NCBI GenBank assembly: GCA_977017575.1
Contig: CDRNVI010000023.1
Coordinates: 248,001-312,000 of the forward strand
Source: Paramoeba atlantica
Lineage: Eukaryota > Protista > Discosea
DNA: 64,000 bases
Reading direction: 5' to 3'
The notes beneath the pieces were generated by a model that searched no databases, was not told the DNA's origin, and worked only from the letters and a program-made list of their open reading frames with translations. Made by a program: the position numbers and the translations under genes. The number at the start of each line of letters is the position of its first letter. Within the stretch, counting starts at the first letter, position 1. Shown here piece by piece: positions 33,999 through 44,700 of this stretch.

Positions 33999-34561
33999 GG
34001 TAGAATTCAAGACATACACTTTTTCAAGCAATACGAAATACAGAAAAATTAAACAGGATATACAATCATTTTCTAGATGAGTTTTTTCTTACTTTTTTTG
34101 TTCTGATCATTGACACGATTTCTATTTTGTTTTATTACCTCTGAGCTTAACGCATTGAAAGCGCTTGTAAGTGATTCGTAAAACAAGTTTTAAATATTTG
34201 TGGATATGCTTCGCCTAGAAATTTCAGTCAAAACATAGATTACAAATTTTTACTCAGCACATCAGTTCAATGTTAGGTTTTCAATAAAATAATTTTCATA
34301 TGAATATTCTCTTATTCCTTCATTTGACTTTCCTTAGCACACTCGAAAGATGTACCATTGGAGCCTTTTCTTCTTAACTTTATCTACAGATCGAGCTAGA
34401 CATTTACCTTCTAAACTACACTTTCTACCCGTATCTTTTACCCTTTTTTCCCTATCTTTTATTCTCATTTTCCCTACCTTTTCTTTCTTTTCCTCCTTTC
34501 CTCTTTCTTCTTTTTTCCCTTCTCTTGAACACCATTCTTTTCCTTTTACTCTCCTTTTTCT

Positions 34562-35698
34562 ATGACACGCCCCCCTCCCTCCTACGGCAGCACCTGGGGC
34601 TCCCCCCCGGAGGGCCCCAGCCCCTCCGAGCGCGAGGCCTCCGAGGAGCTCGTGCTGCAGTCCTGGGCCTGCTGCCGGGCCCGGCGCGACCCCTCCCACC
34701 CCTACCGCACCGAGGACCAGGAGCGGCAGCGCCGGCGTGCCATGCGCTGGCGAAAGCGTGCCAGCTTCCTGGCCCTCGACTGCGGGGACGACAGCTTTAT
34801 GGTGAGCAACACCTATAAAACGGTCGCGGTCGCGGATGGGGTAGGGGGCTGGAGAGCCACCCACGGGGAGGCGGACCCCGGGAGGTTTGCCAATGCATTG
34901 ATGAGGAATGCAAAGCTCTACAGTGAGACCCACCGAACGGAGGGGGACGCGCTACGGGTGTTAACGAACGCGTATGAAAAGGTGAGACGGAATCGGGAGG
35001 TGGGGTGTGGGGGTTCGACGGGGGTGGTGGGGTGTTTGAGGCCGGGGGTACGTCCCGGGAGGGGGTTGCTGGATGTGGCGAATGTCGGGGACAGTGGGGC
35101 GATGCTGATACGGAATCAGGAGATCGTGCACCGCGCCCATGAGAAGGTGCATGGGTTGAATGCGCCGTTTCAGTTGTCGGTGCTGCCGGAGGAGGAGGAA
35201 GGTGGGGAGAGGGGTGATTCACAGGCTGGGGTGGAAGAAGAAAATAAGGGATCCGGGAAGAGCGCTTTTTTTCATGACTCTCCAAAGGATGCGGTGCGTG
35301 AATTGTGGGAGGTGCAAGAGGGGGACGTTCTGGTTATGGGCACCGATGGGCTTTTTGACAACCTTTGGAGTCACGTGATTGCGGAAAAGGCGGGAACAGT
35401 GGGTTTCGTGGAAGCGAGTTCTCTTGGATTTTTCGGGCAGATTCCGGTTCTTGGATACGTATTGAAGAAGCTTTTCTCCACACCTAATTTTGTATACACC
35501 GACCCTTTTCGGGTCGTACAGGGTTTGGTCTCCGACGCCTACGTTGCTTCACATAGTGCCGATATTCGTACTCCGTTTTCCGTGATGCTCTCCCACCTGC
35601 TAGGGGAGCGCCGACTAGGGGGCAAGCCCGATGACATTACTGTGCTGCTGTCTCGAATAGTACGCAGAGATGAGTTGAAGCGAATGCAAATGTGGTAG
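34562..35698 (+). CDS. PTC7: PTC7-like PP2C protein phosphatase
   Basis: CGDDSF..VAVADGVGGW, ANVGDSG, VMGTDGLFDNL and GGKPDDITV. Confidence 0.92.
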   Translation: MTRPPPSYGSTWGSPPEGPSPSEREASEELVLQSWACCRARRDPSHPYRTEDQERQRRRAMRWRKRASFLALDCGDDSFMVSNTYKTVAVADGVGGWRATHGEADPGRFANALMRNAKLYSETHRTEGDALRVLTNAYEKVRRNREVGCGGSTGVVGCLRPGVRPGRGLLDVANVGDSGAMLIRNQEIVHRAHEKVHGLNAPFQLSVLPEEEEGGERGDSQAGVEEENKGSGKSAFFHDSPKDAVRELWEVQEGDVLVMGTDGLFDNLWSHVIAEKAGTVGFVEASSLGFFGQIPVLGYVLKKLFSTPNFVYTDPFRVVQGLVSDAYVASHSADIRTPFSVMLSHLLGERRLGGKPDDITVLLSRIVRRDELKRMQMW

Positions 35699-35801
35699 AT
35701 TTTCCTAACTAGAAGTTCGGAAATCCCCTTAACCCCTAAATACCCCTAAAGGGGTAGGGGATCCCCTCTTTCAGCCCTTTTTTTCTCACCTCCCCTTACT
35801 A

Positions 35802-36100
35802 CCGTAGACCCCCCCCCAGTAATAGACCCCTCCAGTAACAAGGATTTGGCCCTTTTTCGGCTGACCCCCAGTAACAAGGATTTGGCTCGGCAGGGTGGTT
35901 GGAGGGGGGGGGTGTTTGGGCGGGTGGGGGTTGCCGGGCGGAGTGAGGGTAGTTGCGCGGGAGCGAATGGCGTAGTTGCGGGGGGGGGGGGGGGCTGGAC
36001 AGAAAAGCAACGCACTCATGAACAAAAACACATACCCCCCCAGTAACAAGGAATTGGTCATTTTGGCCCAAAATCGATTCTATTACTGGGGGGTTTACGG
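35802..36100. mobile_element. MITE with CCGTA termini (pogo/Tc2-like), 299 bp
   Basis: TA|CCGTAGACCCCCCCCAGTAATAGA...TCTATTACTGGGGGGTTTACGG|TA, with internal CCCCAGTAACAAGGA repeats. A related relic lies in reverse at about 14140-14301. Confidence 0.8.
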
Positions 36101-36118
36101 TATGCAACGTATCAATGT

Positions 36119-38794
36119 ATGGTAACCATAATATGCTTCCTCTTGCATTTTTCCTCCATCCCGTTTTTTTCTCTACCCCCTTTCCTTTTTCCCCCAATGC
36201 CCCATTCCCTCCTCCTTCCCACCCTTCTTCTCTCCCTTTCCCTCCTCACCCCCACCCCCGAAGTCACCCTCCGTGATCTTCCGCCCTCTTCATCCTCTTC
36301 TAGTACATCTCTTTCTTCATCCTCTTCCTCCTCCTCTACTGGAGAACCCTCCAAGGCAACTACCCAACAACAACAATACCAACAACAACATCAATTCCAA
36401 CAATTCCAACAACAACAACAACAATCCCAACAACAACAACAATTCCAACAATACCAACAACAACAACAATCCCAACCACAACAACAACATTCTCAACAAC
36501 CACCACAATCCCAACCACCCACCACCCCACCACCCCCCCGCCGCCTCCCCCCGGCCTCCCTCCCCCCTCCCCTCCCCCTCCCCTCCCTCGCGTCCTCCCT
36601 CCACGCCTTCCTCTCCCCCCTCTCCCACCTCCACCCCTCCTGGACCCCCCGCACGCCCCTCCCCCGCTGGGACCGCGTCGCCACCTCCCCCTCCCGCTGG
36701 GTCAACGGGTTCCACCTCGACCTCGAGATCCACCGCATACGCCCCGACCTCTTCACCGGGCTCTTCGCCGTGGGGTCCAGCCTGATGCGTCTCGTGGACG
36801 GGGGAGCGGGGGAGGGGGGGGAAGAAGAGATGAAAGGGCAGCGGGGGAAGCGACAAGGGGTGTTGGGGTTGGCGGTGATGGACAGGATGGTGGAGGGGGG
36901 GGAGGAGGAGGGGGAACGGAGGGAGGTGGTGTTCCCATCGGTGGGGAAAGCGGTGGGGGGGAATGTGTCAAGAAGGGGTTTCTTTTTGGGGGAATATGTG
37001 GAAACGGCAGAAAAGGGTGGGGCTTCGCATGAGGGAAAGCGGTCACCGTCCTCGCCCTTGTCGTACCGGAAGTTGGGAACCCCGAGTCCGCGTTTGGCGA
37101 ATCAGCCACGTCAGGAAAAGAGCTCCAGGGGAAGTGGTATTTTTCGTCGACGACTGGGGGGAGCCAGTCCCACGGTTTCCTCTGGTTCACGCATTTCGGT
37201 AGGTGAGGTCAAACCACCACGTCCCTCTCTTTCCGTTCTTAATGTGATTAAAGGAGGACGGAGCGGAGACCTAATTCTGGCGACTCCGAAAGAGGGTTCC
37301 TTCAACACACCCGTTAAAGGACCCGAAAAGGGTGCAGGGAAAGCTCCAACGACGGAAAGTGAGTTTCAGGCTGAAAGCTCTGCGGAAGGAACGCAAAGCG
37401 GAAACAAATCTTCCCCTCAAGAATCCGATTTTCCAATGTCTATGGAGTTGCTTCAGCCACAGGCCATGGAGGTGGCAGAAGAAGAAGCTGGTACTCTGAG
37501 TGAGAAAGTATCCCCGAAGCTTCGGATCTCGGCTACTTCTCCTGAGTGGGAGCTGGGGAGCTTTGACATGGGGAGCTTCAGCTCCTCTAAGGATTCTTTT
37601 CCGAAACCTGTGAAGCAAAAGGAAGCCGAGAAGGAGAGCACCGAATCTAGCCCAAGTCACACTCTCGTTTCTCCACCCACCCAAAGCGGAAAACCGAAAT
37701 CGCAGGAAAAGGTGTCGCAAAAATCAATTCGTACTCAGGGAGACTGTCTCACGCAGATGCCACAGCAAGACCAAAGGAATTCCGATAGCGAAGCAACAAA
37801 TCTCATAGTTTCCGAAATCAACAAAGAGAGTGGTTTGTACCGTCGAAGCTTACAACCCCTGCTCTCCCCTCCTCCTCCTTCTCACATAATCCCTTCCCAC
37901 TCCGGAACCGTTGAGGTACCTCACGAACCCATTCTACAACCCCACCGTCCGGCTTCGATGTTAAACGTCATCCGAGGAGGACGCAGTGGAGATCTCATTC
38001 TTGCCGCAAAAGAGACTAAAACAATGACACGCCCCGAGGCATCAAAAAAAAGCACTTCTTTCCACTCCCAGGGCACTTCCTCTCCCTCCTGCGGGGTTAT
38101 AAAAATGAATGAAACAAAACCGACCCCACAGGGCTCCCCGGACACGCGTCCTCTGTCCGAGGCTGCGCCCTCTCCCCCCCACGACCCCTTCTTCCCCTAC
38201 CACGACCCCGACTTTCCCAAACTAAAGGGACCGGGGATGATGGAGGTGGCTGTGGCACTGCTCCGTGCCGCCGGTCCCCCCGTCCCGGGGGCCACCTACG
38301 TCCAGCTGGACGCCTCCTACATGGGGCTTTCTGGGACCCCGAACTGGGCTGCCCTCCCCCCCGAGCTCCTTGAGCTCCACATGAACAACAACCGCCTCAC
38401 CGGCACCTTATCCTTTATGGACTTCCCCCATGGGATCCAAGTGATTCAACTAAGCAGCAACTGCCTGCACGGGTCGCTTGAGCTCAGTGAGCTCCCGTGC
38501 ACGCTACGGGCGCTGCACCTGAACCAGAACCGGTTCACAGGGTCCCTGGACCTCACCCAGCTCCCGAGTGGGATACTGATGGTCTCCCTGAGTCACAACC
38601 GGTTTACCGGGGAGATTGAACTCGGGAGCCTCCCCGTGACTCTGTTTGTGCTCGCGCTGGACCACAACCGACTCACCGGGGGGGTGAATTTAGGGGGCCT
38701 CGCAAAAAATATAGTCTATCTTGACATAAGCAAGAATCGGTTTACGACTGTGGGCAAAGAAAAATGTTCTGAATTTATTGTAGTACACCTCTGA
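36119..38794 (+). CDS. Large LRR family protein with polyQ and long low-complexity insert
   Basis: C-terminal LRRs (LPPELLELHMNNNRLTG...), a degenerate cap at FLSPLSHLHPSWTPRTP, and a (CAA)n tract at about 36366-36520. Alternative start at ATG 36197. Confidence 0.8.
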   Translation: MVTIICFLLHFSSIPFFSLPPFLFPPMPHSLLLPTLLLSLSLLTPTPEVTLRDLPPSSSSSSTSLSSSSSSSSTGEPSKATTQQQQYQQQHQFQQFQQQQQQSQQQQQFQQYQQQQQSQPQQQHSQQPPQSQPPTTPPPPRRLPPASLPPPLPLPSLASSLHAFLSPLSHLHPSWTPRTPLPRWDRVATSPSRWVNGFHLDLEIHRIRPDLFTGLFAVGSSLMRLVDGGAGEGGEEEMKGQRGKRQGVLGLAVMDRMVEGGEEEGERREVVFPSVGKAVGGNVSRRGFFLGEYVETAEKGGASHEGKRSPSSPLSYRKLGTPSPRLANQPRQEKSSRGSGIFRRRLGGASPTVSSGSRISVGEVKPPRPSLSVLNVIKGGRSGDLILATPKEGSFNTPVKGPEKGAGKAPTTESEFQAESSAEGTQSGNKSSPQESDFPMSMELLQPQAMEVAEEEAGTLSEKVSPKLRISATSPEWELGSFDMGSFSSSKDSFPKPVKQKEAEKESTESSPSHTLVSPPTQSGKPKSQEKVSQKSIRTQGDCLTQMPQQDQRNSDSEATNLIVSEINKESGLYRRSLQPLLSPPPPSHIIPSHSGTVEVPHEPILQPHRPASMLNVIRGGRSGDLILAAKETKTMTRPEASKKSTSFHSQGTSSPSCGVIKMNETKPTPQGSPDTRPLSEAAPSPPHDPFFPYHDPDFPKLKGPGMMEVAVALLRAAGPPVPGATYVQLDASYMGLSGTPNWAALPPELLELHMNNNRLTGTLSFMDFPHGIQVIQLSSNCLHGSLELSELPCTLRALHLNQNRFTGSLDLTQLPSGILMVSLSHNRFTGEIELGSLPVTLFVLALDHNRLTGGVNLGGLAKNIVYLDISKNRFTTVGKEKCSEFIVVHL

Positions 38795-38998
38795 GGATTT
38801 AGTGAAAATGTGTTTCGTTTGTGAGTTTCATTGCGTGTGCAACCATTCGTATTTTTGCTACTTCTTTTGCTATATTCTATCGGTGGTGTACGACTCATCC
38901 AGTATACATTTTTGTAGTATAAGAAGCTCATATAAATTCGACATACATCCTATTTCCTAAACCTTCATTAGCGGTGATTAGAATTTATTTTGCGCTAT

Positions 38999-39814
38999 AT
39001 GGCGGATTTCTCCTTCTCACGCAGCCGTTTGGGAAAGGCGCGAGCCGCATTACCACAGGAATATCATTTAGCACAATTTTTACAGGACATCAGCAACAAA
39101 CATCTATCGTGGAATACGGAAACTCCTGCGTGTAAATGGGATGGAGTCTTGTGTGAAGACGACCTAAAAATCAAACGCATACAGTGGTGGGGGCGCGCTC
39201 TTCGAGGTATTCCTCGCTGGGTATATTTTTCGAATGTACTATCCGAAAGGGTATGGTTCAATAGAAATCAGCTAATGGGACAACTCCCGCTCGAATTATT
39301 CCCACCAAAATTGAAGAAATTTAGTGCGCCTCGTAACTTATTTAATGGGACTCTAAACTTGCGGGAAGTGCACGAAAACCTCGAGGAGCTTACTCTAATT
39401 GGTTGCAATTTTCAAGGCGCAATTGCCCTGCATGAATTGTCGTTCGGGCTTGTCAGTCTAGATTTAAGCCGCAATGGCTTTTCAGGTGGTCTTAACCTAG
39501 GGTCGGTATGGGACCAGTCTCGTATATTAAAACTATCGGGCAATAATTTTTCGGGACCCGTAGATTTGCTACACCTGCCCTACTACATTGTACTATCGCT
39601 GCATAACAACCCCAATCTGAGCGGCGAATATGATCCAGCGCGATTTTACAATTGGATCTCTTGCCGCGGAACTCAGATTAAAACGCTTCCAAGTCGTGCG
39701 TCGTACACGTGCTTTTTGCCGATTCGATATGTCTTTGATTCCGAAGCTTGGAACTTTCGGGCGGAACTTTCCGGAACTTTCGGACGAAGGGCAGTTCTAA
39801 GTTATAATTTGTAG
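38999..39814 (+). CDS. LRR family protein
   Basis: RSRLGKARAALPQEY leader, SWNTETPACKWDGVLCE cap, LRRs. Confidence 0.88.
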   Translation: MADFSFSRSRLGKARAALPQEYHLAQFLQDISNKHLSWNTETPACKWDGVLCEDDLKIKRIQWWGRALRGIPRWVYFSNVLSERVWFNRNQLMGQLPLELFPPKLKKFSAPRNLFNGTLNLREVHENLEELTLIGCNFQGAIALHELSFGLVSLDLSRNGFSGGLNLGSVWDQSRILKLSGNNFSGPVDLLHLPYYIVLSLHNNPNLSGEYDPARFYNWISCRGTQIKTLPSRASYTCFLPIRYVFDSEAWNFRAELSGTFGRRAVLSYNL

Positions 39815-39974
39815 GGTTCAGTTTGTTCTAAATTCCTTCAAACTATATTCGAGTCAATCACTTTCTGTTCAGATACCTTTATTGAAATCTTCATCCATGA
39901 ATTTCTATCTTATGTGCCTAATCGTCTTATTTTGTCTAATCTCACTATTTTTTTTCACTTGCCCTTGATTCGAC

Positions 39975-40619
39975 ATGTCACTGTTCTTCCGTGCCGCTGA
40001 GAACATGTCCTCACGAGCAGGCAGAGTGCGTACGGGTTTACTGCCTCAAGAATATACGCTAACACAATTCATCAGCAACATTACTACGTCAGAGTCATCA
40101 TGGAATGCGCAAAATCCTGCGTGTGAATGGACATACGTCGAGTGTAACCCTCAAAAGGAGGTAGCGTCTCTGAACTGGGGAGACATTCAGTTTGACTCAT
40201 CAGCACATATTTGTGGAAGTTTTAAGTGGGAATACATGCCGCATACCGTGCTTCTATTTGAGGCATACTGGCAGTCCCTGACGGGGAATTTGAATGTTTC
40301 TCTGTTGCCTTCTAAACTAGAAGATTTTGATATAAGCACCAATTTACATACTGGTACCTTAGACTTTACTAATTTGCCTTCTTCTTTGTGTCTGCTTCGC
40401 CTGAACACAAACCATTTCGAAGGTACGGTCGATTTCACTTGTCTTCCTGCGTCACTGCGTCAAATCGATTTGGCGGACAATTGTTTCTGCGGAGACCTTG
40501 ACTTTACGAAACTCCCCCCGCAGATAGAGAAGGTAAGAATTTCCAGAAATTTCTTTAATATTCCTGAGTACGTACCTCCTCAGATCATGATCAGCTATCA
40601 AAAGATAATGAACACTTAA
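39975..40619 (+). CDS. LRR family protein
   Basis: SRAGRVRTGLLPQEY leader, SWNAQNPACEWTYVECN cap, LRRs. Confidence 0.9.
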   Translation: MSLFFRAAENMSSRAGRVRTGLLPQEYTLTQFISNITTSESSWNAQNPACEWTYVECNPQKEVASLNWGDIQFDSSAHICGSFKWEYMPHTVLLFEAYWQSLTGNLNVSLLPSKLEDFDISTNLHTGTLDFTNLPSSLCLLRLNTNHFEGTVDFTCLPASLRQIDLADNCFCGDLDFTKLPPQIEKVRISRNFFNIPEYVPPQIMISYQKIMNT

Positions 40620-40949
40620 TTTGCAGTCGTTGTAGCCTTCTCCAACTCTTTTTCAACGAGGTACTCCTCCTGCCATGTTCCCCCTGCATGTTATAGTGAA
40701 ATGAGGTCTTATAACATGCCTTTCTTCTGATTTTGTCGGTGAATTCGAGCTTCTTTTCACATTTCTTCATGCGCGTTGAAGCGACTACAAAATATGTCTT
40801 TATGCTCAGTACTGTGCCTTTTTTAGAATTATTCTTGAAAATTCCATTGAAAATTCAATCGACCTTCTTCCAAATTTAATATGGGGGGCATCTACATAAA
40901 CTTGTTTTTCTATATTTAGATGTAGATAATAATGGAGGGGGGGTATACA

Positions 40950-42942
40950 TTATCTGTAAAAGCGTTCTCGATTATTGAAATGTGTTAGCTGCTTCGTATA
41001 AGATCGTGTATCACTGCTTCGTATAAGATTCGTATATCCTATCGCTTCGTAAAAAAGCGGTGGTTGTTCTAGTGCATGTGCATTGGGCTTCGCAAATTGC
41101 TTCCCACTAACATCGCGAAAAAGCACAAGTGCTGTGCTGTTTCCCAAAATCGGTGGTAACTACCAAAAAAAACTTTACTATCTGGGCGCACTGTATTTTA
41201 TCATGGGCGGTCATAAATGCAATATCTATGGATTGATTCCGCGTACCTGAATCGACACTGAGAAAAACCACAGAAACTCTCAGATACGCAGACAGCAAAA
41301 ACAGCAAAAAAACGGAGTTGTGGACTGTGTTTGACTACTTCCTCCTTTTTCTTGAGAGTAAAAGTGCAATAAGTTATCACACCAATGAAAAATAATATCG
41401 CCTTCTGAGTTTATTGCCCCCCACAGAAGAGCTCTTGTTGGATGATGAGTTCGACTTTTCAATACTTGATCAGTCGAAGATTGCCAAGAGGATCGTGACA
41501 TGTCACCCGCATGCACATACATCTATACCTCGTCACTGAAACATAAATTTTTAAAAACCGTACCACTCGTCGCCTCGTTTTCGTTTAGTAGTGCTTTACA
41601 GAAACTTACTCGGGCTTGCCCTTTTCTTTCCGCAGAAAGATGCAGAGTACATTTTTTGGAGCGAAACTTATATCCGTAGTGGTTTGGAAGTGCTCGCGTT
41701 CGATGATGTGATATAACAAACTGATAGTTGTATGCTTCCGCCATCGCGAAAACCAATCTATTCAGTGTGCGGTATACTGGATTTTCTGCCATTACTTTGG
41801 TAACATAAGTCCCAGTGCTTTAAAGTGGTGGTCGTTTCTTTTACTTTGCTTAGACGGTCGTCCACCGAAGAATAACAGTTCAGTAGACAATGACAAGTAG
41901 ATTTGTTTAACGTGAGCATGTGACACAGCTGAACCTGGGTAAATAACCCAGTGGAATGTAAAACTTTTGGAGCAAAAACACCGGTTTCATTTAGACTCCC
42001 TTTCCTTTTCTATATCACAGGGAGTTCATTCAAGTGTGCAGTCTTTCTTTTCATTGGACGACCCCGTTTGCGTTGCTGACGTACGGCCTGGTTTTGGTGT
42101 TCTAACCTAGACCGGAGAATCGCCATTGTTGTAAGAAGCGAATGCTGATCTTTTAAGACAGAATCGTATTTCCTTTTTAGTTCACCATATTCCGTTCGAA
42201 GCGTCAAGTGCTCTGCTTTCAACATATCGTGCTCGATTCGCAAGGTATCAAATTGAATTCGCAAGGACTTCGCCTGGTTCTTATGTTTTTCCTTTTCACG
42301 CTCTTCCCTGCGCAAACGTGTGCCCAAAGTGCGGAGGCGGACTGTAGACGCATGCAGGTCTTTCGACCACTGGTGGACGGAATGTCGAACGCTTAGAATA
42401 TCTGCTTGTTTTCTTTCGGTTCTCTTGAAATGTTTTCGACTGCCGTGACGTCGTTTGCGGTACCTTCGGCGGCTGTCGTTGAAGAATTCTCATGTCCGCT
42501 GAGAGGAGTATGCGGTTGGATGTCAACGTATGAAAAAACAATGAAGGCTGACGTCTTGTATTTCTGTTGGCCGATTTCTCGATTGTTGGATTTGCTCAGT
42601 TGGCCGAACTGCTTGTAACAATTCAGCCTCTTCCACAAGCTGTGCATCAAAGCACTTTTTCAGTTCAGGAAAAGAAGGAGAGGAAATATTGTCATTAATA
42701 TTCTCAGGACTGGATGCCGCATTTAGTTCCTGGTGTACGCAAAGCATATCGCTTTCCTCAAAATAATCGGAATCAGAATCCGAAATTGCAGAATCAGAGA
42801 CTTCCTGATCAGGATCCCAATTCGGATACTTTGTAAAAGTATGTTGTATTCGGATCATCATTCGAGTCAGAAGTTGCGTATTCCGGCAATGTAAGAAGAA
42901 ATGTAATCTTCTGACCCCGACATGTCCTCTGTGCACGTACAA
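40950..42942 (-). mobile_element. Degenerate Tc1-like transposase with acidic/coiled-coil N-terminal region
   Basis: RKRGRPMK, an HTH-like VLHSTGLFTQVQLCHML, LCFSDEV* and RTHHPTRALLWGAINSEG. Multiple stops and frameshifts. Confidence 0.65.
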
Positions 42943-43290
42943 TCAGAGTCGCTGAGTTGACTACTGACTTCAGAGGTCACCTCTTGTGTTGAAGAGAGAG
43001 ATGGAGATGTCGCCCTCGGTTCTTCGGATGGATACGACATGCAGGTACAAAAAATTGTCGAATAAAGTGAAATTTTCAGTGCTTAAAAAAACGTTTTTCA
43101 AAAAGTTTTAGAATCGAATTAAAAGCAGTCTTTTCAGCAGTGTTCTCTAAAAGTACGTTTTTAAAATATTCAAAATAGATTGGCGTAGCTCTCTAGGGAA
43201 TAGTTTCATTATTTTAGAACAGGGGTGTACTAGAAGTAACTATGCAACTGTATAACTCGAATAGGAAATATTTAACCTGCCCATAAGGAT

Positions 43291-44311
43291 TTACAGTTCA
43301 ACATTATCGGGGAAATTTTCCGTCTTTTCCCATCCTTCTGCTGTGGTATCTCCTAAGTCGCCATCTTTCAGCAGCTTAAGCACGATGTTGTAGTCTTCGT
43401 CTTCTTCGTCTGCGTCTTCAAGGACAGAGATACTTTCAGCAGATGAGTTTGGAAAGCCGGAGAGATAAGGGGTCCAACTTCTGGAGAGATTCTTCCTGGT
43501 CAGTGTGTTCTCCACTTTGCCTAAAAAAAAGTAGGGTGCATAAGTTGTTAATGATGTGGAGGGCACATTCGCGTCCTGCAAAGCATTCATTGAAGTTAAG
43601 CCAGTGTTTAACCCTACATGTATTACGATACTTCTTGTTAGAGGGCACCAAAGGGAGGAAGCCTGTTCACAAGAGGCATGAACGCGTCGCATGGCAGTAG
43701 CCTTATCATAGACTACTGCGTCTGGATCATTGTAGTCCCCCCCCTTTTGTGTTAAACCCACGGTTCCTACAGGATCTTCCTCTTGAACTATTAATTATGA
43801 CCTGGTAATGATTTAAACCTTTACTCCGTATCTCATACACAGAGATACGAGAAAGGGCGTCTTTCTTCATTAGACCTTTGATTGTCATTGTGGAACGACA
43901 AATCTTTCGCTTTTCGTTTGCGTTTAAATCATGGCGGGCTCGCTTCCCCTGTACTACCGGAGGCATCGTACCTAGGTCGAGTGATACATGAGATTCGTCG
44001 CCGATTCGCGGCTGTGGTGGATGCTTCCTGATCCATAAGGTGAGCGGACCATTTGTACCATGTGATGAAGTATCACAGTGTTGAGACATGGTGTTGTTAC
44101 TAATAATATTCCCTGAATCAAATTCTAAGCACAAAAATGAAGAAAACTGAGGAAAAAGCACTTCAATGTTTTTGACCGTGCTCAAAGGAGACGTCTAAGC
44201 CAAAAAAATAATTTTCTCCGAAAATCGAAATTGGAAGGTAAAAAAATCTCCAAAAAAAAATCCGTATTAAAGGGGGGTTCAGGGGGGTCCGTATTAAAGG
44301 AGGGGTCACAG
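43291..44311 (-). mobile_element. Probable DNA transposon relic (possibly pogo-like)
   Basis: Terminus ...GGGGTCACAG|TA at 44311 is shared with 9215 and 57275. GKRARHDLNANEKRKIC is CENP-B/psq-like; the rest is weak. Confidence 0.35.
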
Positions 44312-44428
44312 TATGTAGAAGAGTCACTTACACTTTTCATAAATTATGAGACGCCGGGCTTGTGACCGGTATCTAGCGTGTTTCCCCCTGTAAGTTCTAA
44401 CTACCATGTGTACGCTTGAAAGACGCCT

Positions 44429-44700
44429 TTACGCAAAGCGATAAGACAAATCTGTCAGTTTTTCACCCTGTCTCATGGCAGGAGACTTTGGTCGCCAGTA
44501 ACAGCGAGTAAGGCGGGTACCGGGGCCGCGCGTTCCCAACGAAGAAAGAAGACGAATGTCATCTAAACAAGGAACGCGAGAAATAGCAACATAAAGTTGC
44601 GCCAGTCCACTGCACGTGGACCGCGTTGCACGTGAGCCGCATTCGCTGTAGCATCTGTTCCCCCGCGTGCGAATGTTTCTCGGACCCAAAAAACAAAGGA
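44429..44700 (-). mobile_element. PIF1-type helicase C-terminal fragment (Helitron-like relic)
   Basis: QLYVAISRV...DDIRLL (motif VI), preceded in another frame by KHSHAGEQMLQRMRL (motif V-like). Confidence 0.5.

Larger units (their letters stand above)
32676..34336 (+). repeat. 1.66-kb segmental duplication, copy 2
   Basis: Direct repeat of 23530-25192. Confidence 0.95.

Noticed and set aside
35722-35760. Interstitial telomeric repeat
   Set aside because: Only loose CCCTAA/CCCTTAA-like words, with no tandem array.
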